This document shows positions 38,379 through 48,382 of a DNA stretch of 64,000 nucleotides, in pieces. The DNA lies in assembly GCA_943350765.1 (NCBI GenBank), contig CALRAJ010000004.1:19309-83308 (forward strand), in the 5' to 3' direction. How positions within the stretch are numbered: the stretch's first letter is position 1; the number at the start of each line of letters is the position of its first letter. The DNA comes from Candidatus Tayloriibacteriota bacterium (GTDB lineage Bacteria > Patescibacteriota > Minisyncoccia > Phycocordibacterales > PALSA-1337). Under the pieces are notes generated by a model, which was not told where the DNA came from, did not search any database, and saw only the letters and a program-made list of their open reading frames with translations. Position numbers and translations under genes: made by a program.

Positions 38379-38572
38379 AAATTATTTTTATTACTCTACT
38401 AATATATGTAGTATAGCAAATTTAAATTAAATATAAACCTAAACACTAACACTCGTTGAAATTAAGAAATTACCTCTTGCTGGCGCCTTTAGCCTTATAT
38501 TAAGGCTTAATATGGTATTTGACTGCTCTTTTGCTTGCAAATAAATCTCTTTTATGCTAGTATATACAGGCA

Positions 38573-38842
38573 ATGTTAACAGCAACAAAGAAGCTAAAAA
38601 TTATCAAGGGTGCGCAAATTCATGAAAAGGACTCTGGCTCTCCAGAGGTTCAGATTTCTATACTATCAAAAAAGATTGACGAGCTTGCAAGTCATCTGAA
38701 AAAACACAACAAAGACAACCATTCTCGCCGTGGTCTACTAGCCATGGTTGCTGATCGTCAGACCCACATCAAATATCTCCAGCGAAAGGATATTAAACGC
38801 TACAATACTATCGCAAAGAAGCTAGATCTAAAGAAAAAGTAG
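38573..38842 (+). CDS. rpsO: 30S ribosomal protein S15
   Basis: GSPEVQISILSKKIDELASHLKKHNKDNHSRRGLLAMVADRQTHIKYL matches S15. Confidence 0.9.
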   Translation: MLTATKKLKIIKGAQIHEKDSGSPEVQISILSKKIDELASHLKKHNKDNHSRRGLLAMVADRQTHIKYLQRKDIKRYNTIAKKLDLKKK

Positions 38843-39042
38843 CTTTTTGACACCAGTCCTCCTGTTTCTTTGAGCTTTTTTGATACTAGAGTTAAGCACC
38901 TTATTAGCAAACTGATTTTCATGCATCGGTATATCATTTTAAACCGATAAAACTCAAGTTTTTATCACTCGGCAGTTGCTGGCAACCAGTGCTATACTTG
39001 AGTGACCAAGGTATATTTTATAAATAATAAATTAACATTTTT

Positions 39043-39666
39043 ATGACAGTAATCAAACACAAGGAACAACGAGTTGGTATTTTTATCGACACACAAAACC
39101 TATATCATTGTGCAAAAAACCTTTACCACGCTAGGGTTAACTTTGGCCAAGTAGTAAAAGACGCCCTTGCCGGACGAGCCCTTATCAGAGCAGTCGCCTA
39201 TGTTATCACTACCGAATCTGGTGATGAGAAAAACTTTTTTGAAGCATTGAGTAAGGTTGGAATTGAAACCAAGACCAAAGACCTACAAATTTTCGCTGGC
39301 GGAAGCAAAAAAGCCGACTGGGATGTAGGTCTCGCGGTAGATGCTATCAAACTTGCACCCAAGCTCGATACAGTTATCCTAATTTCAGGGGATGGAGATT
39401 TTGTCCCACTAGTGCAGTACCTCCAAATACATGAGGGATGTCAGGTAGAAGTGCTTTCTTTCGGTAAGTCTACCTCAAGCAAGCTTATTGAGTCTGCTGA
39501 TGACTTTATTGATCTAGACGATAATCCACGCAAATATCTGATGGGTGGAGCACAGACACGAAACAAACGAGGAGGTGATCGGAGCGAACAAAATGAAAAT
39601 AGCGAGGACAGGCCGCTTCGTAGTTCACAAACTAGCGACCAGCCCAACATATCTCCCAAAAAATAG
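39043..39666 (+). CDS. NYN-domain (LabA-like) predicted RNase
   Basis: GIFIDTQNLYH...ILISGDGDF NYN/PIN-like motifs; low-complexity acidic tail. Confidence 0.65.
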   Translation: MTVIKHKEQRVGIFIDTQNLYHCAKNLYHARVNFGQVVKDALAGRALIRAVAYVITTESGDEKNFFEALSKVGIETKTKDLQIFAGGSKKADWDVGLAVDAIKLAPKLDTVILISGDGDFVPLVQYLQIHEGCQVEVLSFGKSTSSKLIESADDFIDLDDNPRKYLMGGAQTRNKRGGDRSEQNENSEDRPLRSSQTSDQPNISPKK

Positions 39667-39683
39667 TTGGGTACGAAGAGCAA

Positions 39684-39736
39684 ACCAAAGAATCCCTTAT
39701 TTGTCTTTTGGACAAATAAGGGATTCTTTGGTTTAT
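39684..39736. terminator. strong 22-bp-stem terminator hairpin
   Basis: aaccaaagaatcccttatttgtc-tttt-ggacaaataagggattctttggtt. Confidence 0.65.
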
Positions 39737-39772
39737 TCTAAAAATACGGTATACTTTCAATAATAACCAGCA

Positions 39773-40744
39773 ATGGATACTACATTCAATCCACCTCCCG
39801 GGGATACAGGACAATCAGTGCCACCTATGAGTCCGCCAGATAAGGTCTCTATTAGGCCTATTCGTACCTACGAGAGCGACACGGCTGATGTACTTCGTAG
39901 TCAAAATGCCTCTTTGATTAAAATCGCAATCGCTGAAGATACTCGTCGACAAGAAATACCCACGGTGACTGAAGAGCAGGGTGAGCAAGTAGATGGAAGT
40001 TTAACAAAAAAAAGCCTCATGGTTTTGTTGAGCCTGGTACTCTTGGCTGGGGGAGCAGGGGTACTATATTATATATATAGTACTTCACAAAAAAATACCG
40101 CTGAAAAAGCATCGTTAGCTCTTACAAGCATTATTCCCTACCAAAAAGCCTTCGAAATAAATATACCTATAGAAAATCTAACTCGAGATGCATTTATAGC
40201 TAAAATAAACCAAGAAATCAAAAACTCAAAATCTCTAGATGGATCTATTGGATATATCCACACCACAATCAACGGAAGTAGTGGTAAAGAAATACTTTCT
40301 ACTGAAAAACTTCTGTCAATACTCAATACCTCAGCATCAAGTGAATTTAGCAGATCCCTAGACCCCCAACATATGTTTGGAATAATTGGTACCACTAAAA
40401 ATAGTCCTTTCTTGATATTAAAAACAAACTTTTACCAGAATGGCTTTGTCGGTATGTTGGCTTGGGAAAAAACACTTGCCGATGATTTTGAAGGACTCCT
40501 AACCAACACACCACTCGTAGAAAGTACCACTACACCTAAAAATAGTAGTGATCTACTTAGACCAGAACAAAAATTTACTGACATCGTTATGCAAAATCAA
40601 GATGTAAGGGTACTCAGGGATAGTTTGGGTACGACGCGTATCGTCTATAGTTTTATTGATAATAATACAATCGTGATCGCTCCAGACGAGCTGGCATTGT
40701 TAGGAATTATCAATATAGCTAACAAGAAAAGGTTTTTACGCTAA
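39773..40744 (+). CDS. hypothetical single-pass membrane protein
   Basis: Proline-rich N-terminus, one TM helix (LMVLLSLVLLAGGAGVLYYIY), extracytoplasmic domain. Confidence 0.5.
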   Translation: MDTTFNPPPGDTGQSVPPMSPPDKVSIRPIRTYESDTADVLRSQNASLIKIAIAEDTRRQEIPTVTEEQGEQVDGSLTKKSLMVLLSLVLLAGGAGVLYYIYSTSQKNTAEKASLALTSIIPYQKAFEINIPIENLTRDAFIAKINQEIKNSKSLDGSIGYIHTTINGSSGKEILSTEKLLSILNTSASSEFSRSLDPQHMFGIIGTTKNSPFLILKTNFYQNGFVGMLAWEKTLADDFEGLLTNTPLVESTTTPKNSSDLLRPEQKFTDIVMQNQDVRVLRDSLGTTRIVYSFIDNNTIVIAPDELALLGIINIANKKRFLR

Positions 40745-40804
40745 AACATAAAAGTTACTTAGATAGCCGTTTACTTTTTTACTCCACTCTGTTACCATTA
40801 CCCA

Positions 40805-41173
40805 ATGACAATGGACACTACAAAATATAAAAAACTACTAGAAAAGGAACTGAAAACTCTCGAAGGTGAGCTTGAGAGTATCGGGCAGAGAAGTCCCTCA
40901 AATCCAAACGACTGGGAAGCTAAGCCAAACAAAATCGACGCACTTGCTTCTGATGATATGGAAGTGGCTGAAAGTATCGACGAATTTGAAGATAACGCAG
41001 GGATAGTGAAACAGCTCGAGGTTCAGTATAATGATGTAAAACACGCACTCAAAAAAATAAGTGATGGTACCTATGGAATCTGCGAAAATAATGGTCACGA
41101 GATCGAGACGGCTCGATTGGAAGCAAATCCTTCAGCTAAAAACTGTATCCTTCACATGAATTTGCAAAAATAA
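40805..41173 (+). CDS. DksA/TraR-family C4 zinc-finger protein
   Basis: Coiled-coil N-terminus plus C-terminal GICENNGHEI...NCILH cysteine pairs. Confidence 0.55.
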   Translation: MTMDTTKYKKLLEKELKTLEGELESIGQRSPSNPNDWEAKPNKIDALASDDMEVAESIDEFEDNAGIVKQLEVQYNDVKHALKKISDGTYGICENNGHEIETARLEANPSAKNCILHMNLQK

Positions 41174-42795
41174 TGAGTTTTGCAAAAGTCTATAGCGCTC
41201 AGACCAATTATCTCAAAGCTCAAATAATTACAATTGAAGTGGATATTTCAAAGGGATTATATGCTTTTTCTATTGTCGGCATGCCCGACAAGGCTGTGGA
41301 AGAGTCCAAAGACCGATTTTCTGCAGCCATCAAAAATTCTGGTTTTAAGTCGCCAAAACAGAAAAATCAAAAGGTGATCGTGTCTCTAGCCCCAGCCCAA
41401 CTCAAAAAAGAAGGTCCGAGCTTTGATCTTGCCATAGCACTTGCATACCTACTTGCATCAAAGGAGATCCAGTTTGACTACACTAAAAAGCTTTTTCTAG
41501 GCGAGCTATCTCTAGACGGCTCCTTGCGAGCAGTCACAGGTATCCTTCTACTCGTTATAGAAGCAAAGAAACGAGGGTACACTGAAATATATGTACCAAA
41601 GGACAATGCTCTCGAAGCTGCACTAATAGAAGGTATCACCGTTTTTCCTGTTACTGATCTAAAGGAAATAGTCGAGCATTTTGGAGGTAAGGTAGGGGAG
41701 CCTAAATCAGAAGATATTTTGTCTGAAATTAAAAAATCTACAAAAAAACAAACTGTAACGCCCACAGGAGATATTGTACAAATTAAAAAAATCGTCCCCC
41801 AGCCCAAAACCGTACTTCGTAAAAAAGTTACCGCCTCCACCATAGACTTTTCTGATGTCCGAGGACAAGAAAGTGCGAAACGCGGTCTAGAAATAGCAGC
41901 GGCAGGTGGACACAACATTGCCATGTACGGACCACCTGGCACTGGCAAAACCATGCTCGCTAAAGCTTTTTGCCATATATTGCCACCACTTTCTTTTGAA
42001 GATATGCTTGAAGTTACGGGAATACACTCGGTCGCAGGCGCTTTGCGTGGAGGGCTTATGACTGAGGCACCTTTTCGTGCGCCTCATCACACATCCTCTT
42101 ATGTAGCACTAGTTGGAGGAGGGTCCACACCGAAACCCGGCGAGATCACCCTCGCACACAAAGGAGTACTATTTCTCGATGAATTCCCTGAGTTTGACCG
42201 GAAGGTAATCGACTCTCTCCGTCAACCACTTGAGGATAGGGTGGTGAGCATATCACGAGCAAAAGGCTCTGTGCTTTTCCCTGCACATTTTATCCTCATT
42301 GCTACCATGAATCCCTGCCCGTGTGGCAACTACGGCATCAAGGGCAAAGAGTGTGTCTGTAGTGCTTTATCATCTCAGAGATACCAGCTCAAAATATCTG
42401 GACCAATAATAGACCGTATCGATATCTGGCTCGAGGTTGGCTCAGTCAGTCACGCTGACCTTGCTCGCAAAGACAAAACAGGGGAGACAACCGAGTCAAT
42501 CAAAAATCGAGTACTCGAAGCTCGCACAATCCAAGAATCCCGTTTCAAAAAAGCTAGCAAGCCAATAAAAACCAACGCCGAAATGTCAGCCAAGCAAATA
42601 GAAGAGCTTATTGACCTTGATCCCGAAACAACAAAGATTTTAAACACCTCAGCAGAAAAGCTCGACCTTTCAGCTCGGGCATACCACAAAATCATCAAGC
42701 TTGCCCGCACTATCGCCGACCTCGACAAGAGTGAACGAGTCCTCACACCTCACATCCTCGAAGCCTTGCAATATCGCCCAAGAAAAAGATCATAG
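41173..42795 (+). CDS. comM: YifB/ComM-family Mg-chelatase-like AAA+ ATPase
   Basis: Lon-like N-domain, Walker A YGPPGTGKT, Walker B VLFLDEFPEF, C4 cluster CPCGNYG...CVC. Confidence 0.85.
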   Translation: MSFAKVYSAQTNYLKAQIITIEVDISKGLYAFSIVGMPDKAVEESKDRFSAAIKNSGFKSPKQKNQKVIVSLAPAQLKKEGPSFDLAIALAYLLASKEIQFDYTKKLFLGELSLDGSLRAVTGILLLVIEAKKRGYTEIYVPKDNALEAALIEGITVFPVTDLKEIVEHFGGKVGEPKSEDILSEIKKSTKKQTVTPTGDIVQIKKIVPQPKTVLRKKVTASTIDFSDVRGQESAKRGLEIAAAGGHNIAMYGPPGTGKTMLAKAFCHILPPLSFEDMLEVTGIHSVAGALRGGLMTEAPFRAPHHTSSYVALVGGGSTPKPGEITLAHKGVLFLDEFPEFDRKVIDSLRQPLEDRVVSISRAKGSVLFPAHFILIATMNPCPCGNYGIKGKECVCSALSSQRYQLKISGPIIDRIDIWLEVGSVSHADLARKDKTGETTESIKNRVLEARTIQESRFKKASKPIKTNAEMSAKQIEELIDLDPETTKILNTSAEKLDLSARAYHKIIKLARTIADLDKSERVLTPHILEALQYRPRKRS

Positions 42796-42825
42796 GATTG
42801 GGTTCCAGAAGTAAAAAACTCCTAA

Positions 42826-43911
42826 CTAAAACGGATTCTTAGCACCTCGAATCTCAAAGTGGACATGTGGACCAGTAGAGTTACCCGTTGAACCCAAAAG
42901 TCCGACCAGCTGACCTTGTTTGACAGTCTGACCTTCAGTAACAATATTATAAGAAAGGTGTGCATATAATGTCTGCGTACCGTTTGGGTGAGCGATTACT
43001 ACATAGTTACCATACCCAGCATTCCATGTACCCGTACGACTGATTATTACCTCGCCAGGAGCTGAGGCGATGATTGGTGTTCCAGTTTTAGCACCGATAT
43101 CTATGCCGTTGTAGCCGTGCAACCCTTGGGTTTTATGCCCACCCACAATCGGTCTTATGTAATACCCCTCATAATATGGAGCATTTGCCCCTTTGACTAG
43201 ACTTTTACCAGGTTTTGGCTTTACGGCAATCGTAGCTGTATGAATAGCTACAACCTCACCATCAGGGATAATCAGTGTTTGACCCACAGCTAAAACTGTA
43301 CTAGCTTTTAAATTATTGTACTGGACAACTTCATTAAAATCCGCACGGTATTTTGTAACAATGCTTTTAATCGTATCGCCATTTTTAACAACATGTTGTA
43401 CTCCAGAAATAGGCAAAATAACCAATGTTTGACCTGGTTTGATTGTTCCAGTAGCCGAAATATCATTTGACCAGCGTATGGTATTGGCAGATACTCCAAA
43501 TATGTTTGCAATCGTACTCAAAGAATCTCCCTCTCGTACTACATAAATACTAATCTGGTCTGAGCTAGGAGTTTCTACTATATCCGCAATAGTTCCGACA
43601 GGACCACTTTCAGTAAGAAGTGCCGTACCACCTACAATAGTTATATCTCCACCCCCCTTGGCTGGGTTTGGATCTGTATTTAAAGCTGCCTGTAAAAGCG
43701 GGATATTTTGAGAATTTTTTTCTGCTACCTCTACCTTTGGAAAAATAGTGTCGTCAAGTATATCTGTGATAAAAGAAAAGAAGCCTGCATAGGCTCTAAA
43801 TGGTAAAGAAATAAGCAATAACAGCAAAAAAAGCTTTTTTGAAAAAAGCTCGGAAGTGATAGTTGTAACGGCTTTGTTGAGCCGTATTTTTGTAAACCAA
43901 GATACTCGCAC
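42826..43911 (-). CDS. LysM-domain M23-family peptidoglycan endopeptidase
   Basis: Signal peptide, two LysM repeats (VVREGDSLSTIANIFGV; HVVKNGDTIKSIVTKY), M23 motifs HGYNGIDIG...GSTGNSTGPHVHFE. Confidence 0.85.
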   Translation of the reverse strand: MRVSWFTKIRLNKAVTTITSELFSKKLFLLLLLISLPFRAYAGFFSFITDILDDTIFPKVEVAEKNSQNIPLLQAALNTDPNPAKGGGDITIVGGTALLTESGPVGTIADIVETPSSDQISIYVVREGDSLSTIANIFGVSANTIRWSNDISATGTIKPGQTLVILPISGVQHVVKNGDTIKSIVTKYRADFNEVVQYNNLKASTVLAVGQTLIIPDGEVVAIHTATIAVKPKPGKSLVKGANAPYYEGYYIRPIVGGHKTQGLHGYNGIDIGAKTGTPIIASAPGEVIISRTGTWNAGYGNYVVIAHPNGTQTLYAHLSYNIVTEGQTVKQGQLVGLLGSTGNSTGPHVHFEIRGAKNPF

Positions 43912-44104
43912 CTACTCATAGTAGGCTTTTACCACACCGAAGTCAATAGGTAAAATGGTACCCTGTGGATAACTAATAAACGGCAACTTTTGTCAAGGTC
44001 GCACCCCGAAACTATCGGTGATTTTTTATAGAATTTTCCGCCTCGACACCCATCATGCCGTCCGTAGTAATTAAGCATTACAAAACTATTTCATGTCTAA
44101 ACAA

Positions 44105-44246
44105 CCCCAAATTACGAGATACTGTCGCAGGCGTATCTTTTAAAGGGGGTTCGCAGGCGGGTAGCCGAGATTTCAGGAAAAAATTAGTAAATTTTTATCC
44201 GTACCCTTTAAAAGATATGCCAAGAAAAGTATTTTGTAATTTGGGG
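44105..44246. repeat. MITE-like palindromic element (copy D)
   Basis: ccccaaattacgagatactgtcgcaggcgtatcttttaaagg...ccctttaaaagatatgccaagaaaagtattttgtaatttgggg. Confidence 0.7.
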
Positions 44247-44266
44247 TAAACAAGCTCCCTATCCCC

Positions 44267-46213
44267 TTAGAAATCAATAAAAATTGCTTTCACTCCTCGC
44301 ACTTCTTCTCGCTCCTCACTTTCTATCAAATCTAGATCTATATCCGAAATAAATTCTGATGGTGTATTAACCTTTTGTGCCCCAAAAATAGTGCGTATGA
44401 CGGCATGAGTCAGATATATCTTCTTTCTCGCTCGTGTGAGTGCTACATAGAAGAGTCTTCGTTCCTCCTCAGCCTGATTTTTATCCAATGCATCTTCGTT
44501 AAGTTTCTTGTGAGGAAAAAGGTCTGTCTCTAAACCTGGAATGATGACATAGTCGAACTCAAGCCCTTTTGAGGCGTGGACGGTCATTAGCTTTACGGCA
44601 TTCTTATCTTTTGTTAGCTCGTCCTGATCAGTCGCAAGTGCTGCCTCCTCAAGCATTTTTTCAAGTCCTTCACCCTGTGGGAGAACATCGTACTTACTAG
44701 CCAAAGTTACTAGCTCACGAATATTTTCTAGATTCTCCATGCCCTCTTCGCCTTCTTTCCTAAACATTCCTTCCATACCGCTATCTGTAATAATCATTTT
44801 TACCACTTGAGAAGGTGGCAACGACAAGGCCGCCTGCTTTATCCGCTCGAGCAAAGACATAAAACTTGCCACTTTTTGTTGCATTGCTGGAGGTAAAGCA
44901 CCGTGTACTGGATCAAATATCTTGAGCAGAGTAACCTTTCCAATACCACGAGGTGGGATATTGATTACTCTACCTACATCTGCAAAACTATCTCTGTTTA
45001 GCGATGCTTTTATAAACGACAAAACATCTTTGACCTCCTTTCGGTCAAAAAATCTAGTTCCGAGAATCTGATAGGGAACACTCTTGTGCAAAAAAGCCTC
45101 CTCGAGTACTCGTGACTGGAAGTTTGCCCGATAAAGCACCGCTATGTCTCTAGGCGAAGCACCCGCCTCGATTAGTTTTTTAGCAGTATTTGCTACAAAG
45201 TTTGCTTCCTCTGCCTCCTCGTAAGCCTGAAAAACGGTAATCTTTTCACCTTCGATATTTTTAGTAAATAAATTCTTATCCTTACGCATTACATTTTTTG
45301 CAATCACCTGATTGGCAGCTGCCAGGATATTTTGTGTCGAACGATAATTTTCTTCCATCACAATCACTGTTGCGTCTGCATAATCTTTTTCAAAATTCAA
45401 GATATTTTGGATGTTAGCACCTCGCCAGCTATAAATAGTTTGGTCCGCGTCTCCCACCACACAAATATTGTGGTGTTTTTCAGCGAGAAGTGAAGCGATT
45501 TGATACTGTACCCTGTTGGTATCTTGATATTCGTCAATATGCACATATTGCCAGAGGTTTTGATACTTTGTACGGACTTCTGGATCATTTTGCAAAAGTA
45601 ATGCTGTTTTTAGAAGTAGATCATCAAAATCAAGTGATTTTTCTTTTTTCAAAATATCTTCGTATTTTGACCAAATTTTTGCCACCATATCATTCCAATA
45701 TTCACCACCCCACTTATCTGCATAGCTTGTATGTGTACTGAGATTGCCTTTCTCTCGAGAAATGGTAGCGAGTATTTTTGATGGCTCAAATTGTTTTGGA
45801 TCGAGCTGACTTGCTTCTATAGCTTCTTTTATTGCTCTTTTTGAATCGTTTCGATCGTAAATAGTAAAATGTCGAGTAAGCCCGAGCTTGATGGCGTTTT
45901 CTTTAATAATATGCACTCCAAGTGAGTGAAAAGTCGAGATAAATGTTCGTTCAGAAGATGAAACCGGGAGGTTGAGCATCTTATCATCTTCCAAAAGTCT
46001 GTTCATACGATCCCTCATTTCCTTGGCTGCTTTGTTGGTAAAAGTAATTGCTAAAATAGCATGTGGCGCTACTCCAGTTTTGATCAAATTCAAAATCCTG
46101 TGTGTTAATGTCTTGGTTTTACCTGCACCTGCACCCGCAACAATAAGGAGTGGACCGTTTTTGTGTTCTACCGCCTTTTTTTGTTGGATATTAAGTCCTT
46201 CGAGATGAGTCAT
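44267..46213 (-). CDS. pcrA: UvrD/PcrA-family ATP-dependent DNA helicase
   Basis: Walker A AGAGAGKTKTL, motifs TFTNKAAKEM, DEYQDTN, VGDADQTIYSWRGA. Confidence 0.85.
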   Translation of the reverse strand: MTHLEGLNIQQKKAVEHKNGPLLIVAGAGAGKTKTLTHRILNLIKTGVAPHAILAITFTNKAAKEMRDRMNRLLEDDKMLNLPVSSSERTFISTFHSLGVHIIKENAIKLGLTRHFTIYDRNDSKRAIKEAIEASQLDPKQFEPSKILATISREKGNLSTHTSYADKWGGEYWNDMVAKIWSKYEDILKKEKSLDFDDLLLKTALLLQNDPEVRTKYQNLWQYVHIDEYQDTNRVQYQIASLLAEKHHNICVVGDADQTIYSWRGANIQNILNFEKDYADATVIVMEENYRSTQNILAAANQVIAKNVMRKDKNLFTKNIEGEKITVFQAYEEAEEANFVANTAKKLIEAGASPRDIAVLYRANFQSRVLEEAFLHKSVPYQILGTRFFDRKEVKDVLSFIKASLNRDSFADVGRVINIPPRGIGKVTLLKIFDPVHGALPPAMQQKVASFMSLLERIKQAALSLPPSQVVKMIITDSGMEGMFRKEGEEGMENLENIRELVTLASKYDVLPQGEGLEKMLEEAALATDQDELTKDKNAVKLMTVHASKGLEFDYVIIPGLETDLFPHKKLNEDALDKNQAEEERRLFYVALTRARKKIYLTHAVIRTIFGAQKVNTPSEFISDIDLDLIESEEREEVRGVKAIFIDF

Positions 46214-46243
46214 GGGGACATCATAACACGAGGTGATGACAAA

Positions 46244-46303
46244 GCCCGAAAAAGGGTCAACGGCTCAGTCGTTTACGACTGAGCCGTTGACCCTTTTTCG
46301 GGC
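46244..46303. terminator. very long (26-bp stem) bidirectional terminator hairpin
   Basis: gcccgaaaaagggtcaacggctcagtcgtttacgactgagccgttgaccctttttcgggc. Confidence 0.6.
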
Positions 46304-46333
46304 TAAAATATCCGTTTTAAACATTTTTAAGAT

Positions 46334-46390
46334 ATGGCTCTGTAGAGCCATGCTAAACGGCTAAACGCGGGCGTTTAGCCGTTTAAATTT
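46334..46390. repeat. REP-like palindromic element (third copy)
   Basis: ggctctgtagagcc plus gctaaacggctaaacgcgggcgtttagccgtttaaa. Confidence 0.6.
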
Positions 46391-46400
46391 AGGCTGGTTT

Positions 46401-46434
46401 GTCCCCGAAATTTTCTACTGAAAATTTCGGGGAC
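46401..46434. repeat. TCTAC-loop hairpin element (gtccccgaaattttctactgaaaatttcggggac)
   Basis: Family member; see 19352 and 24945. Confidence 0.55.
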
Positions 46435-46483
46435 TTCAATCCCTTTTTTCATAAATCCCTCCCGCCATGCTACTCTTATACTT

Positions 46484-47305
46484 ATGATACCAGCCAAAAA
46501 GTCATTGGGTCAAAACTTTCTCCACTCTATGGGTGCGGTCAATGCTATGGTAGAAGCATCTAGTCTAAACGAAAGCGACACTGTTCTTGAAATAGGTCCG
46601 GGTAAGGGAGTTTTGACGGACTTTCTTCTAAAAAAAGTTCGGCAGGTGGTAGCCGTGGAAAAGGATGACCGCCTGATACCACATCTCACCGAACGCTTTG
46701 AGAAAGAAGTCGTATCTGGTAAATTAAAAATAATTCACGCAGACATTCTTGAGATTTCGCCAAAAGACCTCGGTCTTTTGGCGAAATCCTACAAGCTTGT
46801 TGCCAATATCCCTTATTACATCACGGGGGAGCTAATCCAAAAGTTTCTCGAGACCGACACCCAGCCAATACTCATGACTTTAATGCTTCAAAAAGAGGTT
46901 GCTAGACGAATAGTGGCAAAGGATGGCAAAGAAAGCATCTTGTCGCTCTCAGTAAAATCCTACGGCGTCCCTAAATATATTCAAACCGTTAGTGCTGGAT
47001 GTTTTATACCCAAACCCTCAGTTGACTCAGCTATTTTGCTGGTAGATAATATTTCTGACACTTTTTTTAAATACGCCAACTCCAAAGAAGATGGGGGATC
47101 GACAACAAATCAACAAAAATTCTTTTTTTCACTCATAAAATCTGGTTTTGCTCACAAAAGGAAAAAACTCATCAGAAATCTTGAAACTATTACCCAAAAG
47201 ACCACATTAGAAAATGCTTTTTCAAAGCTCGATCTCACTATCAACACCCGGGCAGAAGATCTCTCGCTAGAACAGTGGAAAACTCTTGCACATTTACTAA
47301 AATAA
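46484..47305 (+). CDS. rsmA: 16S rRNA (adenine1518/1519-N6)-dimethyltransferase
   Basis: KKSLGQNFL...VLEIGPGKGVLT...NIPYYI matches KsgA. Confidence 0.9.
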   Translation: MIPAKKSLGQNFLHSMGAVNAMVEASSLNESDTVLEIGPGKGVLTDFLLKKVRQVVAVEKDDRLIPHLTERFEKEVVSGKLKIIHADILEISPKDLGLLAKSYKLVANIPYYITGELIQKFLETDTQPILMTLMLQKEVARRIVAKDGKESILSLSVKSYGVPKYIQTVSAGCFIPKPSVDSAILLVDNISDTFFKYANSKEDGGSTTNQQKFFFSLIKSGFAHKRKKLIRNLETITQKTTLENAFSKLDLTINTRAEDLSLEQWKTLAHLLK

Positions 47306-47385
47306 TTTGCTATAATTAACCCTGTGTATATCCCTCCTTTTCTAAAGGGAGAATTCGTACAAAAAGTCTCAGTCTACCCAAACTT

Positions 47386-48378
47386 TTGAAACCAATTACC
47401 AAAAAAGGGGTAATGATAATCCTCACCACCGTAATCGTCAGTTTCGGTATATTTTTTGTTGCTACATGGTCACAAAAATCTTCTCAAAAAATCACCTACA
47501 CAGGGCTTGAGGCGGTAAAACCCGGAGAAGAGCTGACAGACACAACTTCAGAAATAGATTCGGATGGAGACAACCTAAAAGACTGGGAAGAAGTTTTGTG
47601 GCGTACCGACCCCAGAAAGGCCGATACGGATCTAGATGGCACATCAGATGGTCAAGAGGTAAAGGAGGGTAGAAATCCCACCGTAAAGGGACCCAAGGAC
47701 AAAATATCAGAAAATCCATTTACTCAAAATCAAGATGGTTTAAAAAATGCTCCACCACTCACAATCACCGATAAGTTTGCCAGAGATGTCTTTGACCAAT
47801 ACATGACAGCCAAGCAGGCAAACGGTGGGACACCTCTGACCACCGATGAGCAGAGGACTATTGTACTCAAAATGCTCGATGCCAGCGATGATGTCCTGGC
47901 AAAGATAGAGTACTCTCGGACTGATTTAAATATCGCCAAAAATAGCTCATCCGAAACTATCCGTGCGTACGGCAATGAGCTAGGCAGAATAATCCACACT
48001 TATTCTATTACCGCAAAAGACGAGGGTATTATACTTCGCGATAGCATCAAAGATAATGACCCCGAGCTTGTAAAACAGCTCGACCCTATTATCAAATCAT
48101 ACCAAAATCTTCTGAGTAATTTCCTCAAAGCACGAATCCCTGCAAACGCGGTGTTTATCCACCTTACGCTAATAAATAGTTTTAGTGATATAATTACGAC
48201 TGTCCAAGGGATGCGAAATATCTATACTGATCCGATAGCTACACTTCAGGGTGCAGGGCATTTCCCAGAGGCACGGGCAAGTGTTGTAAATGCTCTTGTC
48301 CGTGTTAAGGCATACTTCAAGGAAAATGGAGTAGTGTTTACCCAAGGGGAACAAGGGTACATTTTTAATTCAAACTGA
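47386..48378 (+). CDS. membrane-anchored protein with thrombospondin-type-3-like Ca-binding repeats
   Basis: N-terminal TM; DSDGDNLKDWEE and DTDLDGTSDGQE aspartate-rich repeats. Confidence 0.5.
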   Translation: MKPITKKGVMIILTTVIVSFGIFFVATWSQKSSQKITYTGLEAVKPGEELTDTTSEIDSDGDNLKDWEEVLWRTDPRKADTDLDGTSDGQEVKEGRNPTVKGPKDKISENPFTQNQDGLKNAPPLTITDKFARDVFDQYMTAKQANGGTPLTTDEQRTIVLKMLDASDDVLAKIEYSRTDLNIAKNSSSETIRAYGNELGRIIHTYSITAKDEGIILRDSIKDNDPELVKQLDPIIKSYQNLLSNFLKARIPANAVFIHLTLINSFSDIITTVQGMRNIYTDPIATLQGAGHFPEARASVVNALVRVKAYFKENGVVFTQGEQGYIFNSN

Positions 48379-48382
48379 TAGC

